Part shown: one piece after another, positions 49,082 through 60,800 of the stretch
Position numbering within the stretch: position 1 is the first letter of the stretch
Layout of the letters: the number at the start of each line of letters is the position of its first letter
IMG/VR virus record: IMGVR_UViG_3300002294_000003
Span: 1-64,000 of that record
Reading direction: 5' to 3' (one strand)
Source of the DNA: an uncultured virus (IMG/VR IMGVR_UViG_3300002294_000003)
Lineage: Duplodnaviria; Heunggongvirae; Uroviricota; Caudoviricetes
DNA length: 64,000 nucleotides
Program-made: the position numbers and the translations under genes
Notes under the pieces: model-generated
Seen by the model: the letters and a program-made list of their open reading frames with translations, nothing else
The model's database searches: none
Told to the model about the DNA's origin: nothing

Positions 49082-49382
49082 TTAACCACTCTTTCGCTTT
49101 CTTTCTTCTTTCAATTCTTTCAATTTTGTCATCGTCTATTCGTGACTTAGCTTCAATTAGGCTTCCTATATTGCCTGCAAAATTCTTCCATGTTGGGGCT
49201 GGGGATACATCAAAATAATACTCTAGCATTTCATAGCAAATATGAATGCCGTAAGAATCTATAATTGCATCTGCTGCCCAGGCCTCTGCCCATCTGTTTA
49301 AGTTTGGTTTTTGATTATACTTAAACTTATAGTGCTTTTCAAACTTGCTGAGCAAAGCCATCTGGTCTTTGCGATCAGCCAT
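49068..49382 (-). CDS. hypothetical replication-associated protein
   Basis: ORF upstream of the helicase. Confidence 0.65.
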   Translation of the reverse strand: MADRKDQMALLSKFEKHYKFKYNQKPNLNRWAEAWAADAIIDSYGIHICYEMLEYYFDVSPAPTWKNFAGNIGSLIEAKSRIDDDKIERIERRKKAKEWLSENQ

Positions 49383-49592
49383 TTACTTAGCCTCTACCTC
49401 AGCAGCAGCTTCCTTGACCTTGGCGGCTAACTTATCTTCGACAAAAGCATATACCCGCTCAAAAGCGTCATTGGTGTTTTCGCCTTCACGCTTGTTGTCT
49501 TGAACTTCTACATCAATTCGTAGAGACTGAAAGTTGCCTAGGTTAAGCGTATAGCCCAATGCTACACGAACCTTAGTGTCTTCGTTATTCAT
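49383..49592 (-). CDS. hypothetical protein (TLNLGNFQSLRID family)
   Basis: ORF; start moved to minimise overlap. Confidence 0.7.
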   Translation of the reverse strand: MNNEDTKVRVALGYTLNLGNFQSLRIDVEVQDNKREGENTNDAFERVYAFVEDKLAAKVKEAAAEVEAK

Positions 49593-49605
49593 ACCCATTT
49601 TCTTC

Positions 49606-50145
49606 CTATATAGACTCTGACCAAATTGGTATAAATCTACCATCTTCGGTTTTGGTATATGTAAGTATACCATCGCCCATTCTCCGTGTCAACTCCTGTG
49701 GAGAAGGCGTTATATCATTTGTAATTAATTTATCTTTTCTTGGTCTACCCATATGGTAGGAGGCCAGTATATCACGAATCTCCCTTACCTGTGATTCAGA
49801 GTAGTAGCTTCGTACTTGCCATCCAGTTGCCCCACCTTTTTGTGAGCCAGTTGGAAATGGGATTATACCACGTTTCATTAAATTTGGCAAGTACTTTTTA
49901 TGCCTATTTACAAGCTGGGCAGTTTGACCAACTGTATAAGCTCTTTCTCTATTTTTCTTAAAATCAGAAATTAGGCAACTTTCTATTTGATCTTTAATAA
50001 TATTGAAGACTGACATAATGCCATTAGATTTATTTAAATGATGAATTCTTACCAAGTCCCCATTTAAGAACCAGACTTTTTTATTCCCAGGAATTACAGG
50101 TGCATTATTATAAGATTCCATATCCATTAATGGCATGGATATCAC
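49606..50145 (-). CDS. MerR-like HTH DNA-binding protein
   Basis: YTVGQTAQLVNRH..RGIIP..RSYYSE. Confidence 0.6.
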   Translation of the reverse strand: MISMPLMDMESYNNAPVIPGNKKVWFLNGDLVRIHHLNKSNGIMSVFNIIKDQIESCLISDFKKNRERAYTVGQTAQLVNRHKKYLPNLMKRGIIPFPTGSQKGGATGWQVRSYYSESQVREIRDILASYHMGRPRKDKLITNDITPSPQELTRRMGDGILTYTKTEDGRFIPIWSESI

Positions 50146-50598
50146 CTAGCTTGGAAGTCCAATAGCAATAATATTTATACGAATTGAAGCGGTACCGCTT
50201 GTATTAAAACGTACAACGCCATCAACTCTGGATGAGGTAACTGATGTAATTGTTACAGATACGTCCGTTCCGCTATCTGTTACTGATACAGCCTCTGGAG
50301 TTGCAGTAACAATTGGTGGATATTTAAAGTCTGAGCTTGCAAAGTTATAAGTAAACTGTACCTTCTGACCAGCGTTTACAGAAAAATTTTGAGCAAGATC
50401 GTAGGCCCCTGCTACAACCCTCATGTCTGTAACTTTAAGATCTTGCCTTGTAATAGATGCTCTTGGGCTTTCAACCGATGCATATTTTTTTGAAGAGTAT
50501 GATAGCTCTTTGGATAGGTTATTTACTGTTTCGGCTATTGTAGCAATATAGCTTAGGTCTAGTGGCTGACCACGTTCTGGAATCGGAATAATTGGCAT
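50146..50598 (-). CDS. tail-associated protein (H-lectin-like C-terminus)
   Basis: FKYPPIVTAT..INIIAIG. Confidence 0.55.
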   Translation of the reverse strand: MPIIPIPERGQPLDLSYIATIAETVNNLSKELSYSSKKYASVESPRASITRQDLKVTDMRVVAGAYDLAQNFSVNAGQKVQFTYNFASSDFKYPPIVTATPEAVSVTDSGTDVSVTITSVTSSRVDGVVRFNTSGTASIRINIIAIGLPS

Positions 50599-50616
50599 TT
50601 TTCTCCTAAACTAATA

Positions 50617-51048
50617 TTATACCAAAGATATGACGCTAGATTCATAGATTTCTAGGATCTCGCTTTTTTCCTTAGAAATACTAGATATCTGGATGGCAAA
50701 CTGTATAGAGGTTGTAGCATTAGTTAAAAAGCTATAACTTTGCCCAGTTACGGTTCCATAATAGGTATATGCACCAGAATCAGATTTAATAAAAATATCG
50801 TAATTATTTCTTAGCTCTGGATCTATCCAGGCTATATTAACTAATTTATTATTGATAGAGTATGTAACATTGGATGCCAGTAATGGCGTAGGCGTTATAG
50901 CATTTAGCTCAAATGTTGGTGACCACGCAGAAACTCTATTTTTGTCCTGAGAGACTATCCTATATCTAACAAAATATTTATTATCTAATGTGACACTAGG
51001 TAGCGTAGACTTTGGAATCACAACTTTTTTAATTCCACGATCTGCCAT
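50617..51048 (-). CDS. minor tail protein (Fn3-like)
   Basis: YFVRYRIV..SAWS; tail operon. Confidence 0.55.
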   Translation of the reverse strand: MADRGIKKVVIPKSTLPSVTLDNKYFVRYRIVSQDKNRVSAWSPTFELNAITPTPLLASNVTYSINNKLVNIAWIDPELRNNYDIFIKSDSGAYTYYGTVTGQSYSFLTNATTSIQFAIQISSISKEKSEILEIYESSVISLV

Positions 51049-52232
51049 TATTCCACTCCAATGGCTATTCTAAATTCTATATAATTTGCAGTATTAGCTA
51101 GCTTAACAATTGGCAATGCCCCATCTGTTTTTAGCACTGAATACCCAGTAAGACCATATAAAGGATTTGTTGTTGTTAAATTTTCCAATCTCATTGCATC
51201 TAGAGCCACATAGTAATCGGAAGATGGTGCTCCGTTTTTTTCTACCTCAACAAATATTTTGGCAACTGTCACACTTTCCCAGTTAAATGCTGAGGTATAA
51301 TATAGCTCCTGTAATTGTTTTGAAACAACAAAATATCTTTGTGTTGTAAAGTTTGCTTCTTGTGGTGCAGTGCCAGCTGTAAACCCAGTGTGGTCAATAT
51401 TGACAGTAAAGTTTGCATATTCACCAGTAGAAGATGTATCTGAAGAAGAAAACTGAATTAAAATTTTTACATTGTCTGGTACTGTCGAAGATTCTCCATT
51501 TTTATTTATTAAAGAAAATGCAAGTTTGAGCCGATCTGTTGGGGCATTTCTATTAAATGTTAAAGATGTTCCAGTTTTATGTATATGATTGCTACCAGCA
51601 ACAACAGACAATTGCTGTATTGAATCAGTAGTTAAAGAAGCATCATCTCCAACAACCATTAGCATATTATTTAAAAATCTACATCTTTCATTTCTAAGAA
51701 CTCTTTCTTCATTTGTAAATGTTCTATTATCTGCGTTAGTATGAAATACTGGAGTTTCTTGTAGTGTTCCATTAACAATATATTCTCCAAGAATAATATC
51801 GTTTTCATCTAATGGCGTATATATAGTTGGAATTTCTTTAATCAAAGATTGTGTGTGGTGCTCCCAGCCCTCTGTCTGATTAAATAAATAAAAGTTTTTG
51901 CTGTCAAACGCACCCGCTGATGGGTTGGATTCTGCTGAAAATATTCCAACTTCTGTTATTTCATATCTTTCTTCTGTTGGCAACTCTGCTGTTAGTACCA
52001 GCTTTGTAAGATTGTTTTCATTAACATACCCCTTAGAAATAATTGGCACACGAAACATTTCAAAGTCTAGTGCATTTTTTTCAGCATATTCTTCTTTTTG
52101 CTCTGTGGTAAAACCAGGGGTGTCATCTTCTAAAGCAGAGGGGCCACAGCCCACAGCAATATATGAAGCATATGCTGGTGCTTGACCAATCAAGTATTTA
52201 GCTAAAATGCCCTTTCCAGTATTTGTAATCAT
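51048..52232 (-). CDS. minor tail protein
   Basis: MITNTGK..YIAVGCG..ITEVGIF pattern. Confidence 0.65.
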   Translation of the reverse strand: MITNTGKGILAKYLIGQAPAYASYIAVGCGPSALEDDTPGFTTEQKEEYAEKNALDFEMFRVPIISKGYVNENNLTKLVLTAELPTEERYEITEVGIFSAESNPSAGAFDSKNFYLFNQTEGWEHHTQSLIKEIPTIYTPLDENDIILGEYIVNGTLQETPVFHTNADNRTFTNEERVLRNERCRFLNNMLMVVGDDASLTTDSIQQLSVVAGSNHIHKTGTSLTFNRNAPTDRLKLAFSLINKNGESSTVPDNVKILIQFSSSDTSSTGEYANFTVNIDHTGFTAGTAPQEANFTTQRYFVVSKQLQELYYTSAFNWESVTVAKIFVEVEKNGAPSSDYYVALDAMRLENLTTTNPLYGLTGYSVLKTDGALPIVKLANTANYIEFRIAIGVE

Positions 52233-52241
52233 TATTTTTCC

Positions 52242-52790
52242 TCAGTATATTGTATCATGTAGGTCGCTTAGTTTAGAAATAATCTGAACCTCTACCTCTT
52301 CTTCTAGCCTCATATTAATTAAATCTATTACAAGATCCCCGCTTGTTGGATGTATGTAGATATAATCACAGTTTGGCACCTGCTGATTACCGTCAATATC
52401 AAAGCCGCTTCCGCATTCTGGAACCTTGCTGTATAAAATAATTGGGAAATTTTTAAAGTAATCCCTATCTGTTTTTTGTACTGCTAAAATGTTTTGTGGA
52501 TTATACTGATAATAAAGACTTGTAATATTTGTAATTGGCTGATATGTAACATTCTGACCATTAACAATATCATTTCTAATAATACTAATTATTTCTTGAC
52601 CACCTATATCTTCAAATAATAGGTTAGTCATTGCTTCTATTTTTTGGTCTGCTGGAATTGCATCATCAACAATATCTATTAATTCCTGTGTAGCAATTTT
52701 GACAGAGGAAACCTGGGACTCCAATTGTGATAGTCTAGCATTTAAATTATTGTATGCCTCATTGCTAGTTGACATGGGCAGTGCATCCAT
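52242..52790 (-). CDS. minor tail protein
   Basis: Tail operon position. Confidence 0.55.
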   Translation of the reverse strand: MDALPMSTSNEAYNNLNARLSQLESQVSSVKIATQELIDIVDDAIPADQKIEAMTNLLFEDIGGQEIISIIRNDIVNGQNVTYQPITNITSLYYQYNPQNILAVQKTDRDYFKNFPIILYSKVPECGSGFDIDGNQQVPNCDYIYIHPTSGDLVIDLINMRLEEEVEVQIISKLSDLHDTIY

Positions 52791-55700
52791 TATTTCACCT
52801 CACTTAAAAACGCAGTCATTTCTGGTCCATCTGGATTTGCAGAGTATTCTATTTGATAAACAACAAACCTGGAATCTTCTGGTGCGACAATATCTACATT
52901 ATCACTGTCTTTATAGTTAATACTAACTATATCACCAAGTTGCAAAATTGGCAAGCCAAACAGGTTTACGCCAATAGATTTTCTCGGTTTCATAATTTTT
53001 GATATCATCCAGCCCATGAGATTTTCAGCATCATCATGTGATTGAATATATGGCGTGTCAAGTGTAAACTCTTTTCTTCCGTGCGTCAGCCTACTAATTT
53101 TGATATCCTGATATTCTTGTTTTGCCTTTCCTGGATAGGAGACTAACTGTTGCCCAGAAAATTGTGGATTTGAGTGGTCACTCTTTTTATCAAAATATTC
53201 ATCCACTGTTAAATCGTGTGGAGATTCTTGCGTAAATGTTACACCCTGAATTCTTAAATAGTTTCCACTTGTTTCATCAAGACTCAGAACTGTGTCCGTT
53301 GCATTGAAAATCATAAATTCTGCACCGTAGGAACTTGCTAAAAATCCAGAAGTGGTATAGCCTTTTAATTTATTAAATGTTGGAGATAGCTTGGCATATA
53401 ATGCTGGATATGCTTTATCATACCTGATGTTAAAGTAAGCTGCTTCTCTCATTATGGTTCCAAATTCTTCATAATACATGTTATATTTGGGGGGTTCTGA
53501 TGGGCTAATGCTTGACAAATAACTAGCCTGTATTACACCACTTAAAGCATATTTTCTAAATGCCTCATCTATGTCTATTTCATCTGAAGAAAACACAGCA
53601 CTTACTGGAGTGCTTAATGCATATGAAGTATTTTGAGAATAGTTATTTGTTATTGCATAAATGTTTTCAAACATTGCCCTGGCACCGCCACGAACAAATA
53701 AACACATATTGTTATATATTGGTAATGGCTGGCTGTCTATTACTGTTGCAATAAGCCTATTATTTATATACAAGAAAAATTTTCTAGTTGTGCCAATATC
53801 CTCATACTCTACTGCAAGATCGTACACTGTTGGATTTTTTTCATTTGCCATCCTATATTGTCCAACAAACTGACCATTATCTATTAAAATTTGTGCAGTT
53901 CCACCCCAAAGCTTAATGGGGACTGCCTTGGATGTCTCGCCAATACTAGGCTTACCAATTTTATAGAATAATATGTTATGTAAATCGGCAGAATTTTCAT
54001 AGGAGTCTAGAACGCCGTCTTCAGCTAATGCAACTATTTCAAGATAATAGCCATTGTTTGTTTCTGGATTCATAAGTACGCCAATTCCGCCAGAGGCACC
54101 AGAAATTATTGCTGGCTGGTTTGGATTATTTGTTTGCCCCAAATAATAAGAAGATGCCCCAATTGGACTTTGACTACTGTTTTCGTTATTTTCAACTTTT
54201 CCAATAAGACGAATTCTAGATCCAAAATGTTTAAATTTATTTTGTAATGTATTAAGTGGTTTATAAACATATGATATAAAATCTATAGGGGTTTCAGTGG
54301 TTGTAAACGATGGCCCAGTAAATACTAAGGCAGAAGACTGGACTGTTCCTGGGGCAATAATATTTTTAGAAATATTTTCATATGACGGAGTATATGTTAG
54401 CAAGTTTTTAATAATGCCAGTTCTAGAAGATGTTTGGGCCAGTGCGTTATTAATTCCTGCTGCACCAACAGAGATAGAAGTTTCAATTGCTGTTCCAAAT
54501 AGCTGTGAGCTTTTCATAGTGCAGCCACGAACATTTGAATTTGATGTCCAATAAGAAGATAGACCAGCATAATGACTAACAATTGGCGTTCCAAATTGAC
54601 CTCTACCGTGTTTTGCTACGGCACCATTTGCAAGGGTAGTTTGTCCATTGATAGTTCTATAATTTGGTTCAGAATATATTCTGACTCTTCCTGTTGGATA
54701 CATTTTCCCATTAAATGGTAATTGTGCAAAATATTTTTGATACTCTCTTACGCTTGTAATCCATACCTTGCCAATGCCTCCAGAAGTTACAATATTTAAA
54801 GATAAATCTCCATTATTATTTGTTTGAACAACTCTTTTTTGTACTCCAGGAATTTCAAATTCAATGGCATCATATTTGATAACTTCTCCATTAGCATAAA
54901 AATATCCATTATACCTTGTCATCCAATAAACACTTTCACCAAAATCCATAGTATTATTTTGTATAATTCCATTAACTACAGTTGGTGGAGTCTCTAGCAA
55001 ATCTGATTTAAGTGGTATTGCAGACAATGCATAACTTGACTGATTTCCAAGTACGTCATTTTGTGATTTAGTATTTTCGGTTCCTGCCACCTCCCAAAGC
55101 AAAGCTGGCTTATAAATCCAAACTTTGTCTTGGTCAATCATACTTGCTTGTCTGATTGACCCAACAGATCTTTGAATATATCTTGTAGAATAAGTTATTT
55201 TCCCATCATTAAAAACATCATCTTTTTGACTAGCAATTTCTACAATATTTGCAAGCTTTGCATTTGTGGTTTTGTTAGAAATTTGTCCTTCTGCCTCAAA
55301 ATCTTTAGTTCCATAAAGAACAATATCCACATCTCTTTCATCATTTGATGGCAAGATGTATTCTTTTGTCATTACAACCAAATTGTTGTACTCATCAAAA
55401 AACATGGCACTTTGAGTAGATATAGCAATTTCATTTAGAACCTGTGCAACTGTTTTATCTGGTGCAATAAAAAAGTATGGAATAATTGGCTCTGACTCAT
55501 TATCTATTCGTTTAAATAAATAATTAGAAAAGCCTATTGAGTCAAGCAGCATTGATACGGTATAGCTTAATGATGCTTCTTGTACAAGTATTTGTGGTGC
55601 AGTTTTTGACTCAAAATAAAAGAAAAGGTCTCTAAGGCTAAGAGAAACAGACCTATCATTTGTATTTATTTCTGGAAATCCCTCAGAATACATTGTTTTA

Positions 55701-57160
55701 ATTGGAATATAATAATCAGATCCATTAACATCAATAACTATTTCATAAAGCTTAAACTGAATATTTTTTGTTAAATAATTTTTAATTATACTATTTGTGT
55801 TTGTTGAGCTAAATGCTAAGTCATAGTCAAATAGCTCTATAGTTCCAACACCAGCCAATAGTTGACCAACTGGCATTCCGCTGTTGCCTAGGTCAGATGC
55901 AGATTTTGTTAAACTAAAGGATTCAACCTTTTCTGATATGTCTACGACTAGTCTAGGTGACAGCTCAATAAGATCAAACGTTGAGTCTACTTTATTCATC
56001 GTATCAATGACTATCCTAATGCCAGAAATCTCTTCAAATTCTCTATATTTTGTTTGTCCAGTAGTAGTGTCCTGATATGAAACTGGGGCAGTTAAGTCTG
56101 TTACAAAGTTTGTAAGCCTATCTACCTGAGACTCTTCTAAATACCATCCGTATTCTGGAGTAAATGTTTGATATCCGTTAAATTCATTTATCCATATATG
56201 ATATGTTCCAAGATCAGACTCTTGCTCTTTAACTAAGTAGGCATAGCCATTAACTGATTGTTCTGGCAAGAAAGTATCTGTTGTGTATTCTTCTGCTTTA
56301 ATAAAAATATCACGGTATCGTTCTGGAATCTTAAGACCATAAGAAAGTTCTACATAGCCATCTGGCCCTATAATTGGACTACCATCTCTTCTTGCTGATG
56401 CAGAATTAAATGAAATTATATCTGTCCAATTATTATTTTTTAATATTTGGACTTTCCATTTTACTGGAGTAGTTTGATTCTGATTTCCATAAAATGGATC
56501 TGAAAATGAGCCAGCATTATTAACAAAAGGTCCAAGATCAATCTCTCCAACATTTGTTTGCATTTTTACAATAATTCTATTGGATGGCACAATATTCTTA
56601 TATACAACAAATGGTGATGCGTCATCAATAAAGTGTTGTCCATTAATTAATTTATTTGCTATTCCACGCTCAATGCCATCTTCCGTCCTGTATGAGGACC
56701 AGTATTTAAATGAATCATCTTTGTGTGCCATATAATATCTAGGTCGTCTAATCATATTAATATTTGTAAAATGACTAAAACTATCTTTGAAATATCTAAG
56801 CTTATTTATTCCAGATCTTGGTCTAAATTTTCCAAAACAATCTTCTAAAGAATATAATAGTTTTTCTTTTTGTTTTTTAGACGTAAACGTTAGTGGTATA
56901 CCTTCATCATCTAACCCACCATCAATAACTACATCAGCGTCAGTGGCATTAGTATAAAAATTACCGTTATCAATTTCATCAAATGCAGACACTGGAAGTC
57001 CGTACTTTGTAGACGGCCCCTCTGATGGGCGGTATCTATAATTACCAATCTTTAAAATATTTTCTGCAATGTTCATATTCCATTCAGCAATGACTGCAGA
57101 ATTGGTTCTAATTACAGAAGATGTTTGTAGATGGTCTAAAAGTTCTTCATTTTGAAACAT
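52790..57160 (-). CDS. large tail/baseplate hub protein
   Basis: 1456 aa, two genes after the TMP; C-terminal GLPILQLGDIVSI. Confidence 0.75.
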   Translation of the reverse strand: MFQNEELLDHLQTSSVIRTNSAVIAEWNMNIAENILKIGNYRYRPSEGPSTKYGLPVSAFDEIDNGNFYTNATDADVVIDGGLDDEGIPLTFTSKKQKEKLLYSLEDCFGKFRPRSGINKLRYFKDSFSHFTNINMIRRPRYYMAHKDDSFKYWSSYRTEDGIERGIANKLINGQHFIDDASPFVVYKNIVPSNRIIVKMQTNVGEIDLGPFVNNAGSFSDPFYGNQNQTTPVKWKVQILKNNNWTDIISFNSASARRDGSPIIGPDGYVELSYGLKIPERYRDIFIKAEEYTTDTFLPEQSVNGYAYLVKEQESDLGTYHIWINEFNGYQTFTPEYGWYLEESQVDRLTNFVTDLTAPVSYQDTTTGQTKYREFEEISGIRIVIDTMNKVDSTFDLIELSPRLVVDISEKVESFSLTKSASDLGNSGMPVGQLLAGVGTIELFDYDLAFSSTNTNSIIKNYLTKNIQFKLYEIVIDVNGSDYYIPIKTMYSEGFPEINTNDRSVSLSLRDLFFYFESKTAPQILVQEASLSYTVSMLLDSIGFSNYLFKRIDNESEPIIPYFFIAPDKTVAQVLNEIAISTQSAMFFDEYNNLVVMTKEYILPSNDERDVDIVLYGTKDFEAEGQISNKTTNAKLANIVEIASQKDDVFNDGKITYSTRYIQRSVGSIRQASMIDQDKVWIYKPALLWEVAGTENTKSQNDVLGNQSSYALSAIPLKSDLLETPPTVVNGIIQNNTMDFGESVYWMTRYNGYFYANGEVIKYDAIEFEIPGVQKRVVQTNNNGDLSLNIVTSGGIGKVWITSVREYQKYFAQLPFNGKMYPTGRVRIYSEPNYRTINGQTTLANGAVAKHGRGQFGTPIVSHYAGLSSYWTSNSNVRGCTMKSSQLFGTAIETSISVGAAGINNALAQTSSRTGIIKNLLTYTPSYENISKNIIAPGTVQSSALVFTGPSFTTTETPIDFISYVYKPLNTLQNKFKHFGSRIRLIGKVENNENSSQSPIGASSYYLGQTNNPNQPAIISGASGGIGVLMNPETNNGYYLEIVALAEDGVLDSYENSADLHNILFYKIGKPSIGETSKAVPIKLWGGTAQILIDNGQFVGQYRMANEKNPTVYDLAVEYEDIGTTRKFFLYINNRLIATVIDSQPLPIYNNMCLFVRGGARAMFENIYAITNNYSQNTSYALSTPVSAVFSSDEIDIDEAFRKYALSGVIQASYLSSISPSEPPKYNMYYEEFGTIMREAAYFNIRYDKAYPALYAKLSPTFNKLKGYTTSGFLASSYGAEFMIFNATDTVLSLDETSGNYLRIQGVTFTQESPHDLTVDEYFDKKSDHSNPQFSGQQLVSYPGKAKQEYQDIKISRLTHGRKEFTLDTPYIQSHDDAENLMGWMISKIMKPRKSIGVNLFGLPILQLGDIVSINYKDSDNVDIVAPEDSRFVVYQIEYSANPDGPEMTAFLSEVK

Positions 57161-57802
57161 TTAAACCTCTTCCAGCGTTACCGAAATATTCCAAAAGTCA
57201 TGTGTTGTGCCACCACGCTTAACAACACTATAGGAAAAGTCAGATATAAACATTTCTATTAACTGATTGTATTTTCCTAGATGAGCGTAGGCTGCATCAT
57301 CATCTCCAAAAACAGAATACTTATCATAAGCAAGAAATACCCAGAATGATCCTTTATGATTTTCATACCAATTTACTAAGTCTACTCCGCCAGCTCCGCC
57401 ATCAGTAGTATACTCAAAATCTCTATCATTATAATATTCTGATTTTCCAGTTGCCTGAACAAAGTCTGGCCTTAACTTATAAGATCTAGATGGAAGCATA
57501 TCCCAGGATGTAGAAATAGTTAGCTTATCTGCAATGTGATACGATCTCATACGACCATTAACCATTCTTCTACGATTTTCGATTCTAGTTGGGCTAAACT
57601 CAATTGGCCTTCTATTATCATCAGATAAAATTAAAAACTCATCCAATAATGATTCATCTGTAACAGCTCCTGGATCTGATCCAATTTCTAATCCATTGGG
57701 TATATAAAAGCCATTTGAAAGGGTTCCAGAGTTGTTGGACCAAAGCATAGCCTGTGGTCGCTGATATTTTTTACGACCTGCCATATATGCTGATGTAGCC
57801 AT
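57161..57802 (-). CDS. distal tail-like protein
   Basis: Directly after the TMP; ends WNISVTLEEV. Confidence 0.65.
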   Translation of the reverse strand: MATSAYMAGRKKYQRPQAMLWSNNSGTLSNGFYIPNGLEIGSDPGAVTDESLLDEFLILSDDNRRPIEFSPTRIENRRRMVNGRMRSYHIADKLTISTSWDMLPSRSYKLRPDFVQATGKSEYYNDRDFEYTTDGGAGGVDLVNWYENHKGSFWVFLAYDKYSVFGDDDAAYAHLGKYNQLIEMFISDFSYSVVKRGGTTHDFWNISVTLEEV

Positions 57803-60800
57803 TAGAACCTATTCCCCCTAATTCTTTGGGACTCAATCTGTCTTATTTGTCCAATAACTGCCCTGGCAATTTGATCAGGGTTTGCGTCAGTTTGGACATT
57901 AACACTTACCTCATAATTATACACTGAGTCACCCTTGTATGTGCCACTATTTATGGCCTTTAGCCTATCTACGCCAAATTTATCTACGGCATATTTACGA
58001 ACTACAAATTCTCCAGGAGTAAGCATTGCTGGAATAGTGTCTGTTCCCAATGGCTTAAATATTGAACCACCCTCAGCTTTATATGGTAATAGACCTCCCA
58101 TTCTTAGATATTTTGGAACCATACCACCTTTAGCCATCATCATTTGGGCTGGACCACCACCACCTCCACCAGAACCACCCATAGGAGCTGCATTAAATTG
58201 TGCCCTCAGTGCTTTCTCTTCAGCAAGATATTGATTTAATTTATCTGTTGCATTTGCAGCTTCTAAACGTTTTCCAGCTTTTTTCATTTTAGCTATGTAG
58301 GCCTCGGCATTTTTAATTTTTATATAAAGTGCGTCAAGTTGTTTACGAAGCTCTTCTCGTGATGGGCCAGTGTATATGCTATCTTCAGGATTTTCATTTG
58401 TATTTGGCTCTTCGCTGCTAGGGCTTTCTGGTGGGGTTAGACCTTGTTTAAATTCTTCTATATTAAATGGTAGCAGCTTGCCATCTGGACCAAAAGTAAA
58501 TCCCTTTATTGATGACAGAATTGCAACAACAGAATCATTAAATGCCTTTGACTCAACAGTAGCCTTATTTGCAGCTATTGCAATTTTGTCCCACTCAGCT
58601 TTTGTCTTTCCAAGGTATCCATTTTCACCAATTGCTTCCAAAGCAAGATCTCTTTGTATTTCATATTCTCTTACAAGCTTTTGATTTGGCTCAAGCCTTT
58701 GTTCTTCAATCTTAGCAATTTCGAACTGCAATGTCTTTATTTCTTCCTCAATCTGTTTTCTAGTGAGAAGTTTTCCATTAAGTGATACCGCTAACGCATC
58801 AAGCCTTCTTTGTCTATCTTCTTCAAGAAGATTCCTTTGTGACTGAATACTGTCAGATGCTGCCTGGGATCTAATCTCTTGAACTGCCCGTGCTGCTGCT
58901 GAAATATCTCCCTGGCTAAGTGCATCTGCTAATGCTAACTGAGACTTTTGCTGTGCAGCAATAGAGTCATTAGCTCGCTCAATTTTATCTAAAGCTTCTA
59001 ACTTTCTATCATATTCATCATTAATTTTGCTTTCTTGATCTTCAATTAATGTTAGCTGATAGTTAAGATCGTCAATCTTGTCTTGATAATTAACTATGTC
59101 TTGTTCTGCTGCACGAATTAATTTTGCAATTGGGTCAATCTTGTCTTGGAAGTCTCTTTCTACAGCCTGCTCTTGAGCTTGGAAATATTGATCTGCAAGA
59201 TCTAATGCCCCTAAAACCTTATCTAGCTCACCCCTTAAGAATGCCTGCATTCCTTCTGGGGTAGACCTTGCAAATTTTTCATTTTCTTGCCTAAGTGTTT
59301 CAGTCCACTTAATTAAATCTTGAATTTCACCAGATGTTCCTCTGGTAACTATTGCATATGCAAGAGATGCATCTTTGGCCATTTCAAAAGCTTCTTTAGC
59401 CGACATTCCATAGTCTTTGGTTAATATTTCCATTGCTCGCATTTGCATTCTAACGTCTGCTACGCCAGAAGCAATATTAAATTGAGCATCACCAAGTGTT
59501 ATTTCAGACATGGCAGCATTAAGGTCTTTTCCTGCTTGAGTAACCTTTATGATTCCATTTTTAATAGATACAAATTTAGACCTTGTTGCCTCATCCATTG
59601 ACATTACAGCATCAATAAATTGTTTGCTATATCCAGCAAATAATAGTTTTTGGTCAGTGCCACGGAAAAGTGTAGATGTTGCTGAGCCAGGCTTCATTAA
59701 AATATTAAATCTTTTAATTAATTCATCCACAGTTCCTGTGGTATCAATTGCTGCATTGCGAATACGTTTTAACCTATCTGCATATTGCTTTAGCACATTT
59801 TCTGGGGTTCCTGTGTCTCCACCAGGGGGTGTTCCCTCACCTGGGTCATCATTATCGCCGCCGCTGCCCTGTCCAAAGAAATAGGCTCGCATCTTTGCTC
59901 TTTCATCTTCATCTATAAACCCTACTGGACCATCTGGGGTATTAATAAGTGGTCCACCCTCCATAAATTTAGCGTATTCTTTTGGATTATTTGCTAAATA
60001 AAAAGCTTGAATTGCAGCATCGCTAGCATTTCCAATTAAGAAATCGACCATGACCTGATAATTAAGCTTATTCGTTCCATTTGTAAGAACATCCCAATTA
60101 TCCAACATATATTGAAGCTCTTCTATTGCCTTTGCACTAAGTGGCTTTCCGTCTGCCCCCTCACCCTCTTTTAGATACTGAGTAAGTATTTTTCTTGTAA
60201 TTGGCTTACCAGTATCTAAATTCTCTGTTTCCTTAATAAATTTTCCGACTTCTTCTATGTTTTCTACTGTTGGCTTAACAACAAGACCATACTCTCCAGC
60301 CATTCCGACAATCTGAGAAATAGCTTCTAAATCAGTATCAAAATCTTGTTTATTAGACATTGTATAATTCATTATTACATCAACCTCTGTTGCTGTTAGG
60401 TTGGAGGAGCTTAAAATTTGCATAAGCTGGTTGGCTTTTGCAGTTCCTTCTGCTCTTACAAGTAACTTAAAGCTTTTCTCAATCTCTCCATTGGACTCTT
60501 TATTTAAATTAATTAAATTAGTAACTGTGGTTGCATCAAATTCTTCAGACAATAGCCCAAGCTGTAAGCTAATTTTAAAATCACTGTCTTCCATCCCCTT
60601 TAGTGCTGACTTTGCAATTTCAAGTTGATCTTTAACTATTTGTGGAGCATTTTCTGCTCTATAATCTAAAGCTTGCTCAAATGTTGCTTGAAAATTTTCT
60701 GGGCCTAATTGTTTGGCTTGTTTTATTAAATTATTATAAATTTCATCATTTTTCCCTTTAAGCTTTACAAGGGCATTATCTCTTTCTATAATTTTAGAAT